Of a DNA stretch of 64,000 nt, positions 36,801 through 50,830 are shown piece by piece. The translations under genes and the position numbers were made by a program. Within the stretch, counting starts at the first letter, position 1; every line of letters begins with the position of its first letter. The DNA comes from Veleropilina oligotropha (taxonomy: Eukaryota): assembly GCA_048128005.1 (NCBI GenBank), contig JBEUKZ010000007.1:124001-188000 (forward strand), in the 5' to 3' direction. Under the pieces are notes generated by a model. The model was not told where the DNA came from. It was given only the letters and a program-made list of their open reading frames with translations, and ran no database searches.

Positions 36801-39800
36801 ATAGCAAAAGATAAATGCATAGACGGTGGGAAAGGGGTTAAGATCAATTTGTCGCGTTATCAATGTTATTGTACTTTGATAATTTGACGTTTAAAATCGG
36901 CCGTTGTCCAGTAATTACGTTGTTTTGCATATCTCGATGGTGCGAGATTATGGTACTCAAGATCAACAAGATCGAGTGGTGAACACAAAACATTCGAAAC
37001 ATGGCTGACTCGAGTTTGCGCAGTGGTCAATTCGTGACCATCCGGTTCAAGTTGCAAGGTATGCACAGGTATGTGTAGATATTGTGGTCATGTCCCAAAT
37101 CTATAGGACGATCTTCGTTCGCGCTTTGCGCGAACTGCGTTCGTTATTATAATATGTTGTAGGTAGCACCTAGATACGAACGCAGAATAGAGATTATATA
37201 CAAATAAAAATTACGAAATCCGTACCCTGCGATGTTTTCTTAATTTTGTTATGCGTCTTTTATTGATAACGTCTAGTGTAAGCCGACACCCATTCCGCGA
37301 CGTCACTGATTGTTGCTACGCACATTCTCTGACGTCACTTGTTAAAAACTACACCCATTCCGCGACGTCACACATTGTTGCTACGCACATTCTCTGACGT
37401 CATTGTTCAACACTTCACGCCATTCTTATGGCAAAATATATGCATAGACGAAGGTAAAGGGGTTTATATCAAATTGTCGCGTTATTAATATAATTGTACA
37501 AGGATAATTTGAAGTTTAAAATCGGCCGTTGTCCAGTAATTACGTTGTTTTGCATATCTCGATGGTGCGAGATTTTGGTACTCCAAGAAATTAAGATCAA
37601 CAAAATCGAGCGATGAACACAAAACGTTCGAAACATGGCTGAATCGAGTTTGCGCAGTGGTCAATTCGTGACCATCCGGTTCAAGTTGCAAGGTATGCGT
37701 AGATATTGTGGTCATGTCCCTAATCTATAGGACGATCTTCGTTCGTTATAACAGTTATTACATACATGCAACAGTATCAGAATCTTTCTAGTATATAAAT
37801 AACTTATTTAGAACGGTGTCATTGAGAATTTAATGATTTTGGTAATGGCCTTTTTCAGATAGCAATATGAATGTGATCTTTCAATTTGTCATAGGGTTTT
37901 GTGTTCAAACAATATGTGTGTTTGTCTCAGTAATCTCACATAAAGTTATAAGTGCATGCACTATTAATATACAGCTTGGTTGATATTAAATATCTTCTAA
38001 TAATAATTTACTGAATCATAGGGGCGTCTTCAGAATCTTAACATATTTTAATATAAGAAACATCACCAAACCATAACTGAACAGTCACCAAATGAAACTG
38101 TTGTCTCCGTTTTGTCCTTGGAATACTTCATGCACTTGGCACACAAAATTCGTGCTAAACCATCAGTCGTAATCGTTAAAAACTCTCGTCTGACGAGTGC
38201 AATCTTATCCATGACAATATGTTTAACCTGATCTTAATATTACACCACCGTTATTAGCGTGCCTCCTGGTTCGTGGAGTGGAGATTGGGCGTCGCACAAG
38301 ACGTTTTGCAGAAAGAGCAGCAATCATTCTTTTAACTGTGCTGTTGGACACCCTGATCTTGATCTGACTTTGGTGTTTGCTTACAATGAATCTGCCATCT
38401 CCGATTTAATGGTGCTTTTTGTTTCAGCCTTGATATTACCTGTCGCAGCATGCGTGTTCATCAAACGAGTGACTTCCGTACGATTGTTTTCAATGGGTCC
38501 CGATTGTTTTGCATGATGGAGGAGGAGGAATGATGCTTAATGTCCTGTATATTTACAACATCGAGGATCAAGGCAGGACATGTCCGTGTTATCGCGGGAG
38601 GAAACCCCGGTCGCCCGGGTAAACCCGCCCTCTTCGGCCAGTCAATGACAACTGTGATTCATAACTTGAACCAATTTCAATGCCTCAGTCAGGTAGTGAA
38701 CTCACTACTGTTCGCCTTAGCGGAATAAAGCCAGTGAATTTAGAGTGGACACTCTACCCACTGCGCTGCCGAAGCGCCGTTTTGCATGATGGACCATCAC
38801 CTTTGAATGTCAGTGAGACTTGGTCTCGCCATTGTTTAACGTCTGCCTTCTGAAAACATTGTTATGCTTCACAATAATTTTTCCTCTCTCGCATTGAGTG
38901 ATCACTTACGTGGTACATATGCCACGATTTCCCTACATACAGCAATATATTATTTACAATATGTTGCATGTTTAGTATTTATTTAAATATGATTGTGGTG
39001 GTGCTTAAATTTTGAGCTGGTGCTGCTATATAATATAAAAATTCGATATTTATCACATTTTTATATGTATTCAGTGACAGAGGAACAGGCTCTATGGATG
39101 TACAACAATAAACCCATTCTGAATCCAGAGTTACTGGCTATACCAGACGAATGTATGGACACATCAAAGGTATGCTACACAAATGATGAACATTCAAAAA
39201 AAGAGCATGGTGGGCTTGCAAAAATCATTGTCTGCAACCGATGAACAATTACGTACCTTCATCGTCCACCAACCCGATCAAAACTTTCGCATATAATATT
39301 ATGATATCTGTATTTAATTGATGATTCGGTTGGACGCATTATGTTTCTGTAATGCTGATAATAATTTTGACAGGGATTTAATAAGCATTGAATTAAAAGC
39401 TTAGTTCGAGCAAATAGACTTTTTCCCGTACATGCGATCTTGTTTTTTAAAGAAACCTAACCACAATACACTTTTTGTTTATAGCATAAAAAGTTACGAA
39501 TTTACAATACAAAACTTTCGTCAGAAATTTGCTAACATTTAAATAAATCGCTAATGAAGATTTGAAAATAATTAAAAGCGGTCCAAAAGGGGTCCGCTTT
39601 TAATTACCTGTCAGCGAATGACATTTCCAATTGGCCTATTTAGAGCAAGTTAGCAAAGTTGCGCATGTTTCTGCTCGTCAAGTAACTTAGCTTTCAATTT
39701 GAAAAAAATATATTGCCCAGTTACAATGATAATTTCGATAAAAATATATCACTTGATGATATCTTCGCGAAAATTGTACAAATCCGATTCATGTGATACG

Positions 39801-40875
39801 TTAGGGTCTGTTCAGTCATGCTACACATTCACAAATCTGTGGTGAATGAGCTTTCTAGCAGACCATTTGGAAGCATGTATTGCTCTTACGACGTTTGACC
39901 GTACCAGTTCGTTCGAATCTCCGTTACCACGTACAGTTGTCCGTATCCGGCCGGAGAGGGAGTGTTTCCTTCCGCGATAATATGAACATGTCATGGTTTG
40001 AACCAGAAGGTTGTAAATATACAGGGTATTAAGCATCAATCCCGTCCAATCTTACGGTGTAGCGGATAAATTGACCTGTAGCAGCGATCAGTAGCATTGA
40101 CATTTGCTTTTACATAAGATGGATTTCAATACCATCCAGTCTGATTAGGCATCAGAAATATTTATGTGAAACGGCGGTTATTGATAGAGTTGACCCATGA
40201 TGGTATAATGCAGAGACCTAATGAGACCACCGTGTGTCGTCAACCAATCAGAAATTGCTTGCGATATGGCAAATTATGCCTATTATATGTTGTCGAGTGA
40301 CGTCGCGGTAAACACGGTGCACTGAATACTGCATGATGTTGAACCATGAGGCGCTAGCCGAGTGGTTTAACATTATAAGGTATTCAAGGCACCATGTTTA
40401 CCAAGACGTATCTCGACAACGTATTTATCTTGTTTTTGCGATGCTAACCTTACTAGCAAACTCCTGGCTTGGTTCATAACACTGTTGTTATTTATGATCA
40501 TAACTGTGATGTATAGGCATTGAAAATGGCAATCTTCATATTTGACTAGCAAACGACAGCTTCAGTAACGCCTACTCAGCCCATATTGACAGTTTGTCCA
40601 CCGAGGAACTACATTCATTCAATTTAATAGTTCAATATAATCAATTTTATGAGACTAGTTCATTCTTTTGTAATGATTTATGTCAGTTATATCACTTTCG
40701 ATATTTGTTGTTAATCTGTTGAATTAACCGATTAGACGACAAGACTGCTGTTGTTGTTGGGGGGGGGGGGGGGGGGTGATGACATATTTTCTCTATCTTG
40801 ACATGTTTTCATTTATTTTTACAGCAAAGGACCAGACGATGCGTTGTGACACCTCACATTGCAAATATTGGTTGA
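27893..40875 (+). CDS. epdr: EPDR gene B: secreted ependymin-related protein (228 aa, 6 coding exons)
   Basis: Exons 27893-28051 (MSYILVILLVVPFAAAQTNATKKPCCYPERFQAF...), 32003-32107 (DFGVLVFDYPGRRIY...), 32324-32417 (KKKYRVTSVGDCKEC...THCIP), 35698-35880 (DAAFVGTAYFG...TDGCYLV...), 39075-39169 (EEQALWMYNNKPILNPELLAIPDEC...), 40825-40875 (QRTRRCVVTPHIANIG*). Canonical splice sites, 687 nt open frame, AATAAA at 40924-40929. Confidence 0.92.
28400..28675. repeat. ~47-bp minisatellite, ~5-6 copies
   Basis: cctcctatattatgtcacaatagac(g/a)agcacctagtgggggtcatttgtgtc. Confidence 0.92.
29955..30160 (+). mobile_element. SINE family A copy
   Basis: gcgttcgaatctcggttgggg...gtccgtaactggtcgg...gttaagcatcgatcc. 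Confidence 0.75.
30400..30815 (+). mobile_element. Degraded CR1 LINE 3' fragment
   Basis: Similar to the CR1 at 55260-55990 (LYKH...EYAVQA...RLDV*KHSFSKRVV); cut by the hairpin at 30821. Confidence 0.65.
30821..30966. repeat. Long hairpin with paired CGAG/CGAG mismatches
   Basis: Near-perfect arms except CGAG at 30861/30924 and 30886/30897. Confidence 0.9.
32401..35334 (+). repeat. 38/40-bp tandem satellite (~75 copies) derived from the gene B exon 3 end and splice donor
   Basis: Unit GACTCACTGTATACCGG|GTATGTTATRACATGG(AG/TGTC)GGA; the first copy overlaps coding THCIP and the donor at 32418. Confidence 0.97.
36580..37750. repeat. ~570-600 bp tandem duplication (two copies) of a non-coding repeat
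   Basis: aatatgttgtaggta.cacctagatac at 36581 and 37151; both end ...ctataggacgatcttcgttcg. Confidence 0.9.
38530..38779 (-). mobile_element. SINE family A copy (young subfamily, very similar to 58828-59028)
   Basis: Reverse complement matches 58828-59028 over ~200 bp with few differences. Confidence 0.85.
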
Positions 40876-41194
40876 TTACAAAAGAGAAAATCTTCAAAAA
40901 CAATGAACACACTAATTGAATGCAATAAAATCCCTGGCTATATGTTCACTTTATTATTCTGTAGAGAAAAATCGTTACATACAATTTTTCTGTAGTTAGC
41001 AAACGAAAATATACGCTTTGAAAACTGTCATGGAAGGATAGCGACCGTATTGCAATGTTTTGAAAGTCTGGAGGGTGGCATTTATCTGATCATTGACGAA
41101 ATAGTTCAGCATATTTAAGAATTATTTTGGGGATTTTGGAAACATAACGTTATGTATTTTATCAAAAACTGGACGTTTTGAAGGCAATTTATAG

Positions 41195-41445
41195 CAAAGC
41201 CAGTAATCGTGTTGTTTCGGTTGGAGACTCTGAAAATCACTGGCTTGATTCCGCTGACACGAAAAGTAGCGGGTTCGAATCTCGGTTGGGCCATGAGTCA
41301 TGTTATGAGTCACAGTTGTCCGTAACCGATCGGAGAGAGCGGGTTTTCCCAGGGCAACCGGGCTTTCCTCCCGCGATAATATGGACATGTCCTACTTTGA
41401 ACCTGATGGTTGTAAATATACAGGACATTAAGCATCAATCCTTTC
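41195..41445 (+). mobile_element. SINE family A copy
   Basis: gggttcgaatctcggttggg...ccgcgataatatggacatgtcc...ttaagcatcaatcc. Confidence 0.85.
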
Positions 41446-42398
41446 CTTTTATTCTTTGTATGATAGCGGGTTTTGCTTTGGTACCTGCATAGCGTCAACA
41501 AAGGATTCGAAGACATCACGTAATCGTAAATTAAGTCATTATTGTATATAGGTACTGCATTGATCACCATTGAGACAGTAAGCACTTAACGGTGCCACAC
41601 GGCCCTTAGAAAAATAGTAGCATACCAGACGGGAACCGATCATACATGATTATATCGGCTACCATTTTGACAACATATCCATCATTGTAAAGGACATGTT
41701 GATATCATCAAGGATTCTTCCTCGAGTAAATATCGATTCTGCAATGTCAACGTTAGTGCTGCGGATGCTTAGATGACTTTTATGATGACAAATACTTGGC
41801 ATGAACTCAGTCGCAAACCGCCGATTGGCGGTGACTGAAACCATATTGGTACACCAACACCCAATTGTTCTGCTTTGGGGCGGGGCTCCATGTCTCATTT
41901 TAACACGTTTCATTCTCATACCAGGACATTTCAATATTATCGTGGGGAGAATGGCGGGCCGTCCGGGAAAACCAGCCATCACGGACCAGATTCGAACCCA
42001 CTTCTGTTAATCAGAGCAGTCCAGCAGGTGAATTGGGAGACGCGCAAACCACTATAGCCAGAGGTTGATCATTGCAAATTCTTGAAAATCCTGATAATTT
42101 TCAAAACAATAGTACCCGGATAGAGGAATATTATCACTGTATTTAGGAAAACGCTTTGAATTGAATGCCAGTGTAATACTGCTCTCAGTACCACTGAAAG
42201 GTATAGCCGGTGCAAGGGCATCATAACAAAAGCAATCAAGGCAACTAGCAATAATGTCAAACCAAGCAAACGTGCATTCGCGTGAACAAACATCTGTAAA
42301 CGCTAGAGCCAAAGAGAAAAGGTGATTATGTTTTCATCCGTAGTACAATCACCAACATTGCCTGACGATTGATGTGCACTCTTTGACTCATGTACGAT

Positions 42399-42445
42399 GA
42401 TAAGAATGGAAAATGTACAATATGCTCGATCGACACATGTGGGAA
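42399..42445 (+). promoter_or_regulatory. Putative GATA + CSL-like module of gene C
   Basis: GATAAGAATGGA 100 nt upstream of ATG; TGTGGGAA at 42438-42445. Confidence 0.4.
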
Positions 42446-42498
42446 TGATATGAATAGCCTTCGGTCAATCTAACCACGAGTGTCAACAACATAACGCC

Positions 42499-45400
42499 AT
42501 GTTATATGTTACTGTGATACTCCTGTCTGTGACGCTTGCAAACGGACAGGACTCGAATCAGACCAAAACTCCATGCTGCTATCCAGAGCAGTGGCAGGCG
42601 TTCATGGGAGACATCGGGTTGGATGACGGGCTCACCACGGCAAACTTCGACCTCTTTGCGGTAGGTAATATCAGGCGTTTGATCCAAGACGAGAATTAAT
42701 GTCAATAAATATATAGTCTGAATGGCGTACACGTAGTGTATTATGTGTATTTCGTGTCGAAATAATAAGATACGGTAAATTTCAGTGGATTACTTGGTAA
42801 TACCGAGGTTTGGTACTCTTTGTTGCATATGGATTCACACATGAATGATATGTACGTCATATCATGTACGATAAAGATAAAGTATATCGGACTAAATGGC
42901 TTCCACCTGAGCCATAATATGTATTTGGCCGATCACAACTGTGGTATGACTGCTACAATATGCACCTGGCGGAAATTGTTAGCAAAATGTTATTAAAGTA
43001 TTCTTAGTCAATTGACCTTGTACTAAAAAATTAGTTACACTTCGAATTACGAGCAAATTTTGCCCTAACCACTACTGAAATCATCCAATCAAATGTCATA
43101 AGAGAAATACGTTACGGTATTGCACTATAATATGGGAAACTGAGCTTGATTAGTGCTATGTGATGTAATATTGGAAAATTCATATTATAATGCGAGAAAG
43201 CTCCATAATATAATAATATTCAGTGTAATCCACCAGACTCCGCAGATTACAGACTACCGATTTGAACCAACATTGTTTAATTTATATAATGTTACTAACA
43301 TCACTTTGACAATTACCATGTTAGCATAAATTCCAGGATCAAGGGCTAATCGTGTATGATTATCCGGCTCGTAAGCTGTACAGGAGGACTTGGGAGATTA
43401 TATCGGACACTCATGTTACAGAGTTTAGCGACTTTAACACGGTGAGTCTGTTCGTTATCAACAGTTAGCAATTTTTGCTTATTTTAAATAAATATATCTT
43501 TATCTAACGATCGATGAATTAACAACTTTATGTAGTGTAATTTACATCTCAATATTAACAAGATCACTCCAACACTGTCAGCAAAAGAGGACACATAATC
43601 ACAAACCCCAGGTTCGGCGACGACATCGACGGATTGGTAGGAAGTGAACAGGAACTCGCCGACTTGGTGAACCACCTGGACGAAACACCTTTCCGGTATT
43701 GAATGAACCTCAGTGCTGAAAACACGAAAGCTGGTTTAAATAAGGCTGAACCAATCACAACAAAGTTCACAGTAAATGGAAAAATGGAAAAGAACCTGTG
43801 GGACAATTGAAATACATTGTAGTCATCATCACCTAAGAAGGCTCAAATACCTCGCATGAGCAAAAGCAAAGGTAAAACTCAAGATCATATGAAGAGGCAA
43901 CAACAAAGCTATCAGATCTAACGTAAAGCGCATGCATGCAATGATCCTTTCGATAATCTTGCAGTTGTGTGAGTAATGGACATAAACTGTACATCTACAA
44001 ATTCGGATCCAAGGTGTACAAATGAGATGCCTCGGAATACTTTCTTACACCATATTACCAACGATGAAATCCGCAGTAACAACATCAAACGTGCGCGTTA
44101 CAATGAACAATCTTCTGACCACAGTGAAAAAGAGAAAACTAGGATTGTATGGGAACATAACAAGATCAAATGGGCTCTCAAAGACCATCGTAAAAGGAAG
44201 ATTGGGGCATACAGACGAAGAAATGGATAGACAACACATCTGAATTGACCAAAAATCTTTCTGACATCTCGGCAGTTACCCACAACCGCCACAAGCGGAA
44301 GCAGTTGGTGAAGCGTTCGTCAGTACAGAGTTACGGGATCAGTTAGTAGTAAGTACGTCTCTCAAAATAAGGTCTCGACATATTAATCTTTCCAAGAATA
44401 TACATATAATAAACAACACATTCAAAACTCGAATATGACTTCAATATCAGTGTGTATATTACCAATAACTTGTGTCTGATATCACGTAATCTGGAAGGTG
44501 ATGTTAGATAATCGTGCTGCTTTTATTTATAGCAAAAGAAATACACTCTGACGACTATACAGGGGTGTACGGAATGCATCGTTACGAATACGGATGGGCC
44601 CCTGAATCATTGCATCTCAGGTAGGTGCTCCAATATTTAGGTCGATAGTGATAGATTGATTCTTAAAGACCTGTATATTTACAACCATCAAGTTCAAGTC
44701 AGGATATATCCATATTATCGCGGAAGGAAAGCCACGTCGCCCGGGGGAACCCGCTCTCTCCGGCCAGTTACGGACAACAGCGATTGCTAACTGAACAAAG
44801 AATGTTAATGCCTCAGTCGAGATTCGAACTCACTCCTGTTAGCTAGCGCAATGGAGACAGTGGTTTCAGTGTCGGCATTCGATAATACACGGCTACCGGG
44901 GCGACCTCCAATACTTAGGGTTTATGAAGGATATTCACTTGACCTAAAGTTAATAAAGGTATGCCGTAAATGATTAATATTTGCATTTACCAATGATTGC
45001 ATCTCATTTTTAATCTCCATCCTGACACTGATCAGACTGAAGAGTGCTTATCTTAGGTTATTTGACAAAAACCTTCGTGATATTTGACTGTAACCGACTT
45101 TTCTGATTTCTTCAAAAGATACATGACGTATAAAGAATGTAGTGTTGCTGTAGCTGCATCATTGTTTTAAATGTGTATTAAAAGATATACTTATTGCATT
45201 TCCGCGTATTCAATTTTATAAAAGGTGACATTAGAAAACCAATGACAAATTGTGGCATCATTTACCAATGTTCACTTAGATGAGAGACGAAACAAACTTT
45301 TGTTAACAAAAGGCACATCATAATTTTTTCTATTATTCTTCTGTTTTTGTGTCATTTTAGTCCATATTTCCTCAAAATCAAATGCGGATCACGTCTTTAC

Positions 45401-46561
45401 ATTTCAACTCATCGTCATTTAACGGTCATTATTTTGTTCGTTTAATCTTTCAGATGATGCGATTTATCGAGGAGAGGGTTACTTTGGCTATGGGCCAAAC
45501 CGTCTCAACATTGACGAATGGGAACTCCCGGACAAGGACAACAGCGACAACATCGTGACCTTCTGGGTTACTCAAGATGGCTGCTACCCAGTCACGAATA
45601 CGATAAAGAGTACAGAGAATGGAGGTGACCTGGCGGTGGTCATTTTTTTCTTTACAATGTTATAATTTGTGAGGTAAAGATGACCGATTGGATTTAATAA
45701 TACAATGTGGGTTATTAGAACGACGATTTGAATTTCTGATGCATTATTGGTTTTCCGTTTAGCCATCAACGTGTTGGAAGTACCTTGACGGGCCTTTTAT
45801 CTTAAAAGTCTTTGTTTTTATTATCAAATATGAGTTTTACGTTTTGATTTCGAAGTAGCATTATGTTATAATGCTTATGAAGACCATGCAGCTGTTAGCT
45901 TGACCACATTTTTTTTCAGTGCAAGAAGAACGTGCTCTGTGGCTCTACAATGTGAAGCCTATTTTGAACCCGGAGATGTTGGTTATTCCAGAACAGTGCG
46001 AGGCAACAGCAATGGTATACATTAAAAATAAAAGAGAGATTTTTCTAAATATTATTTAGCATTTCTGACATATTGGTGATGCAATAATTTTGTAATAAGT
46101 GAGTGTCAATTGTTTAGATTGTTGTTTGGACAAGCAATATGTCGCCAATGCGAGTCGACACAACATAACCGTACTGGATATCGAAACTGGTAGATTGTCG
46201 GGAAAACGTTCAGTTAATTGTACTTTATTGTATGTCGTGGATGCAAATCTCGAGACCGTTGTGGTTTAGTAGGACGCTTAAAAGTTATAGATAATATTAT
46301 AATGAATATATTATGTACTAGCAGGCACACCCGTTTACAAACGGGTGACTTCGCTGAAATCCCCCATCCCCCCCCCCTCAATTTCCCCTATTTTATATCA
46401 TGAATAAAAATATTTCACCGTAGTTATGCCATATGTAATTTGTTGCTATGCTATATGTAATTTGTTACCAAATATTAATTGAAAATATGTATTTAATTTG
46501 TCTGTTTCAGCAACGGCAAAGGAGATGCAACGTACCGCTACATATTAAGAATATAGGATGA
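42499..46561 (+). CDS. epdr: EPDR gene C: secreted ependymin-related protein (223 aa, 6 coding exons)
   Basis: Exons 42499-42660 (MLYVTVILLSVTLANGQ...PCCYPEQWQAF), 43337-43441 (DQGLIVYDYPARKLY...), 44533-44620 (QKKYTLTTIQGCTEC...NHCIS), 45454-45624 (DAIYRGEGYFG...TQDGCYPVT), 45920-46014 (EERALWLYNVKPILNPEMLVIPEQC), 46511-46561 (QRQRRCNVPLHIKNIG*). 672 nt open frame; AATAAA at 46608-46613; aligns exon by exon with gene B. Confidence 0.92.
43560..44345 (+). mobile_element. Degraded RTE LINE 3' fragment in intron 2 of gene C
   Basis: RFGDDIDGL RT-core remnant; MRCLGILSY...VKKRKLGLYGNITRS..LSKTIVKG. Confidence 0.75.
44655..44905 (-). mobile_element. SINE family A copy
   Basis: ccatattatcgcggaaggaaa...ccagttacggacaac...gagattcgaactc. 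Confidence 0.8.
46317..46346 (-). mobile_element. Helitron-like 3' terminus
   Basis: Minus strand hairpin ACCCGTTT-GT-AAACGGGT followed 8 nt later by CTAG|T. Confidence 0.5.
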
Positions 46562-48659
46562 GATGCTCATGTGAAACTGGATAAATTAAATCACTTCTTT
46601 TATTTTGAATAAACGTAAGAAACGTATAAACGTATAAATTGTTGCTTTATTTGTATGCATCATGCGCGGTATAATGTTAATGCTGACACCAGGACAAGAT
46701 GCTGACGGCAACAGTTACTGACATCCCGCCCTACTAGTCAAATGACTACAGATTTCGAATGATAAAATTAGTATCAGCTTGTTAGTGTCAAAGACTTCCG
46801 CTTTCAGCATTGATAAGTCTTTTCGAAGTCCATTCCTATGACCTTTAACATAAACTTTATGTCTGAAGAGAGTATATAATAAGAGTTATACGTAGGAACT
46901 TTACGAGTGATCTCAATACAAACAATGTTGTGGTCACTTGGGTTTATGGTGTTGGGTGTCCTAGCACGATCTCCACATCAAGTATCACAAAAATGATATC
47001 ATTTTGATTTAAATTGGAGTTTATTGTTCTCTTCATTACACATATTGACCTAAATATATTCATTTAGATGTCGTAAGGATTCGCATGGTTCATCCAGAAG
47101 ACATGACGCCCCATATCGAAATGGAGTGAGGTGATGGATGGCATCAGGTGCATGGCACCAGTGATGAAATGAAAATCATATCGATGATCAACAACCGGCA
47201 ATTCACCAATGTATATACCAAAACCGTCGCTCGAAGAGCCGATAGTAGGACTCCACAAAACACACACCTGCAATATTTTGGCCATACAAATGATAGAATC
47301 TGCATTAGCATCCTTGATCGTGGGAAGAGAAGGTTAGAGAAATGAATACGAGAAACAAAATGCGAGAGAACGGGCAACACATCAAACGTCTCATCTAAAA
47401 TGTTAGCATAAAAAGAAGAACTGTAATCCTGATAATGTGAGCGATATATAATATGTTCATTTATACAAGTATTGACGGTCGAGTGGTTCTGTGGATTGAT
47501 TTGACGACCGTCTTCGATGTACTCTTTCCTTTACATCAAACGAAAAATGCCTGGATCTTAATTGGGTCAGAAAACTATGACAATTTCCAACATTTATTTA
47601 GATAGAAATGTCTGCTTATTAAGCATTTGAAACTGCTTTTAATCCAGTTGCTTTCGTGGCTGATTACAGTCATGTCGACTTTTCTATTTCTCTCTCCAAA
47701 AACTCAAGATTAAATAATATTAATTATCGACGCTTCGCCACGAAAGATTTTACACCATAAGGGGACAATCACAAGCGATAATTACCGTCTTTGACGTCTC
47801 ATGGCGAAAATCCAAAAATTATTAATACTAAATCTCGAGTTTACGGGCGAGAAGTCGAAAACTCGAGATGGTCGCAATCAGTCATAATAATTTGCAAGTT
47901 TTCCTCCAGGCCGCACGGGTAACGAGTATAAATAGTGTAAATAGTGTCGAATCTGAATTCATGTCTAAAGCCGGGTTTTAATCTACCGATTTTTCCGTCT
48001 GAACGAAGGATCGGTAGATGAAGACGAAAAAAAATCCTTGAAAGTGTCAAGGAATCGCCAGCAGATTATCGAAATCGACAGCGATTTGCTTGTTAATTCT
48101 TTTCAGAATAAATAGCACGAGGTAAAATTGACCTAAAATAGACTTGAAACGTCATTCAAACTATTCAAACCGGCCCATAAAAACGATAGGTGAGCGCTCA
48201 AATGCCTACCCATGGTTACCGTCCGATTTATTCGGCCGGTTAATTAAAATCAGCCAGTTACAAAATATCGGTAGATGACTTCCCGGCTTAACAGCCGTGA
48301 GTTAATCCACGCTGGGTTAATCTTTGCTAAGTTATCAGTCTGAGTTGTCCATAAACGCCCGCAGGGAGCGTGTTTTCCAATGTGACCGGGCTCTTCACCC
48401 GCGATAATATGGACATATCATGCTAAGAACCTGAAGGTTGTTTAAAATATGACATTAATCCAAATCAAACCGAAATTGCTTTCCAAAGACGCTCGAAAAC
48501 AATACAAATTATAATACTTATAACTGTAATCTCGCTCTGAGTAACGCGGTGGGCGGCCGGATTGTCGCCACTAGTGGCACTACAAGATCCCTCTCGAACA
48601 TCTGGTTAAGCCACCGAACAAAGAAATTACGTTATTCGATAAACAGTGAAAAATTCCTT

Positions 48660-48965
48660 GATCTATTTGGTGGTGGTACAACCAAATCGATGGTGTTTTG
48701 TTATGGGGATGGTGGTGGTACAACCAAATCGATGGTGTTTTGTTATGGGGATGGTGGTGATAGAACCAGACCTTGGTGTGGTGGTGGTGGTACAACGAAG
48801 TCGGCGATGTTTTGCTACGACAGTGGTGGTGGTACAATCAGGACGACGGTGTGTGCTACGGGGGGGTACAACCAGGCCGGTGATGTCTTGCTACGGGGGG
48901 AGTTGCGGTACAATCCAGTCGGTGATGTTTAGTTACGGCGGTGGTATTGGTAGAACCTGGTCTGT
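48660..48965. repeat. Degenerate GGT-rich ~42-bp tandem repeat
   Basis: ggtggtggtacaaccaaatcgatggtgttttgttatgggga and diverged copies. Confidence 0.8.
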
Positions 48966-49049
48966 GATTTTGATTGAATTGATGTACGAGACATACACAA
49001 TTAAATCAATATAAATATAAATTAGCATATAAACTTTCAGCCAGCAGAT

Positions 49050-50830
49050 TTGTAAAAGTAAATGGGTTAAAGTTTTTGTAAAATATACACTTTTTACATA
49101 CGAGACATGCAGATAAATGAATAAATTATAAATTTGCATATACCTTTTTTTCGCCAGTAGATTTTTAAATAGTTCTTGAAGTGATAATGCTCTAAAATGT
49201 TTTGACGTATTAGGTCTAAATCAACGCATTCCAATAATATACGTTTGACCGTTTGGTTTGAAGCACAAAACGCCAAGGTGGTGGATCTTCTTTAAGCGAG
49301 CAGGAGTGAGTGGCGTCTCAATGTCCAATTCGCTGTCTGGTCAATACATTTTCCTTTGTCCTTCATTGCTCTTAATTCATATGTAAATTCAGTGGCGCTA
49401 TCCGGCAGACGGACACGAAAACAGTGTCTGCAGGCAACAGCCGTAGCACCCACACGATCCCCATCCTTGAACCCAAAAGTATATATGCTTATTCTATCAG
49501 AATATTTTAGTTTCAAATCATTTACTTATACGCAGTTATGTCTGTCTGATTTTTTAAGTTCTGTGTAAGTTGAAGGTCGATTATTGCTGATATTAATGTC
49601 CATGGTAGTATATCCGAAATACAATTTGATTCAATCTAAATGTGTCTGAATTTTCAAAATGGTGGAATTGCTTTAGATTTTATTTTCCTGAAGTAGATTT
49701 CACTGTTTCGAAATCTGGGTTGGATGGATTTGATAGCATATTGCAATGACAATTTCACGTATGCTTCGACGTAGCGGCATTCCATGGTGATGTGCGGAAG
49801 GCACCTGGAGCAAGTCGAAACTCTTGATTATGGATGGGATCCAGTATTTGGAGATAAGACTGTCGAGCAGAGTCATATACAATGTTCCCATAACCAAGTT
49901 TGGATCGAATTAATGCTCTATACATTATCAGTAAACCTCTCCTATCAGCACCCTAATTGGTGTTAGAAACGACTTTCATTAAGTTTAGGGCCTTTTGTCA
50001 TTTCGCTTTGACATATTTTATATGCGGTAAAATCCTCAGTTTATGGTCAAATGTCAGGCCTAAAAATTTAAATTGATCTAATGCTGGATTGATATGACTA
50101 ACCAGTTTTATTTTAATACAGGGTCGTCGTGCATTTACTGGCGTTTGAAAAAGTGCATGCACTTGGTTTTGTCATTTGAAATTTTTTGTTAGAAATGAAT
50201 TTTGATGTGCAGTTTTTTGGATGATAAGAAGGGAGACAATCCATATGTCAAAGTGTTTGCAATGTCTTTTGGTGTAGTAGCATCTGTAGTATTTGTTTTG
50301 AGGTGGTTAGTGCAGGTGGATGTTTGTTTATCACTAATCTTATTTTACGGATCATACCTCATGTCCTTTTAACGGATGAACGAGAGTTTAGTTTGGCAAC
50401 ATAAGTTTGCGGCGGTGTGTTCCTACGGGGGAGTGGTACTATTCGGTCGGCAGTGTTTTGTAACTGTGAAAATGGCAAAACTCGGTCGATGGTGTATTAC
50501 CAACAGATATACCAGGCTTCTATCGTGTTCTTCTGTACATATGACGCCGGACAGTGGATACTAAACACCATGGGTGCGATACATCGCCCATCATGCACCT
50601 TTGTTTTTATCTTGTCCTTAGTTTCCAATAATACTTTTCTGGAGTTTTAGTGGGCCCGAGGATGGTTTATTTCGCCGAAAATCGTTCTGAAGGCTGTGGA
50701 TGTTATATAAAAGATCAGTACCAAAAACCTCCTGAGTGTATCATGTTCCATCATTAGCTTATTGGATGAGTGAATTATGTTAACATGATCTGGGAAACGT
50801 GTAACAATGTCCTTCTTAATGATGACAATA
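49050..50830 (-). mobile_element. Degraded I-group LINE with RNase H and C-terminal CCHC-like motif
   Basis: IYTFGFKDGDRVGATAV...RLPDSATEFTYELRA (RNase H-like); CAFC...TVKRILLEC; RT remnants upstream. Confidence 0.7.

Noticed and set aside
48549..49014. Gly/Val-rich protein ORFs
   Set aside because: They derive from a GGT-rich tandem repeat that is open in several frames; no gene structure.
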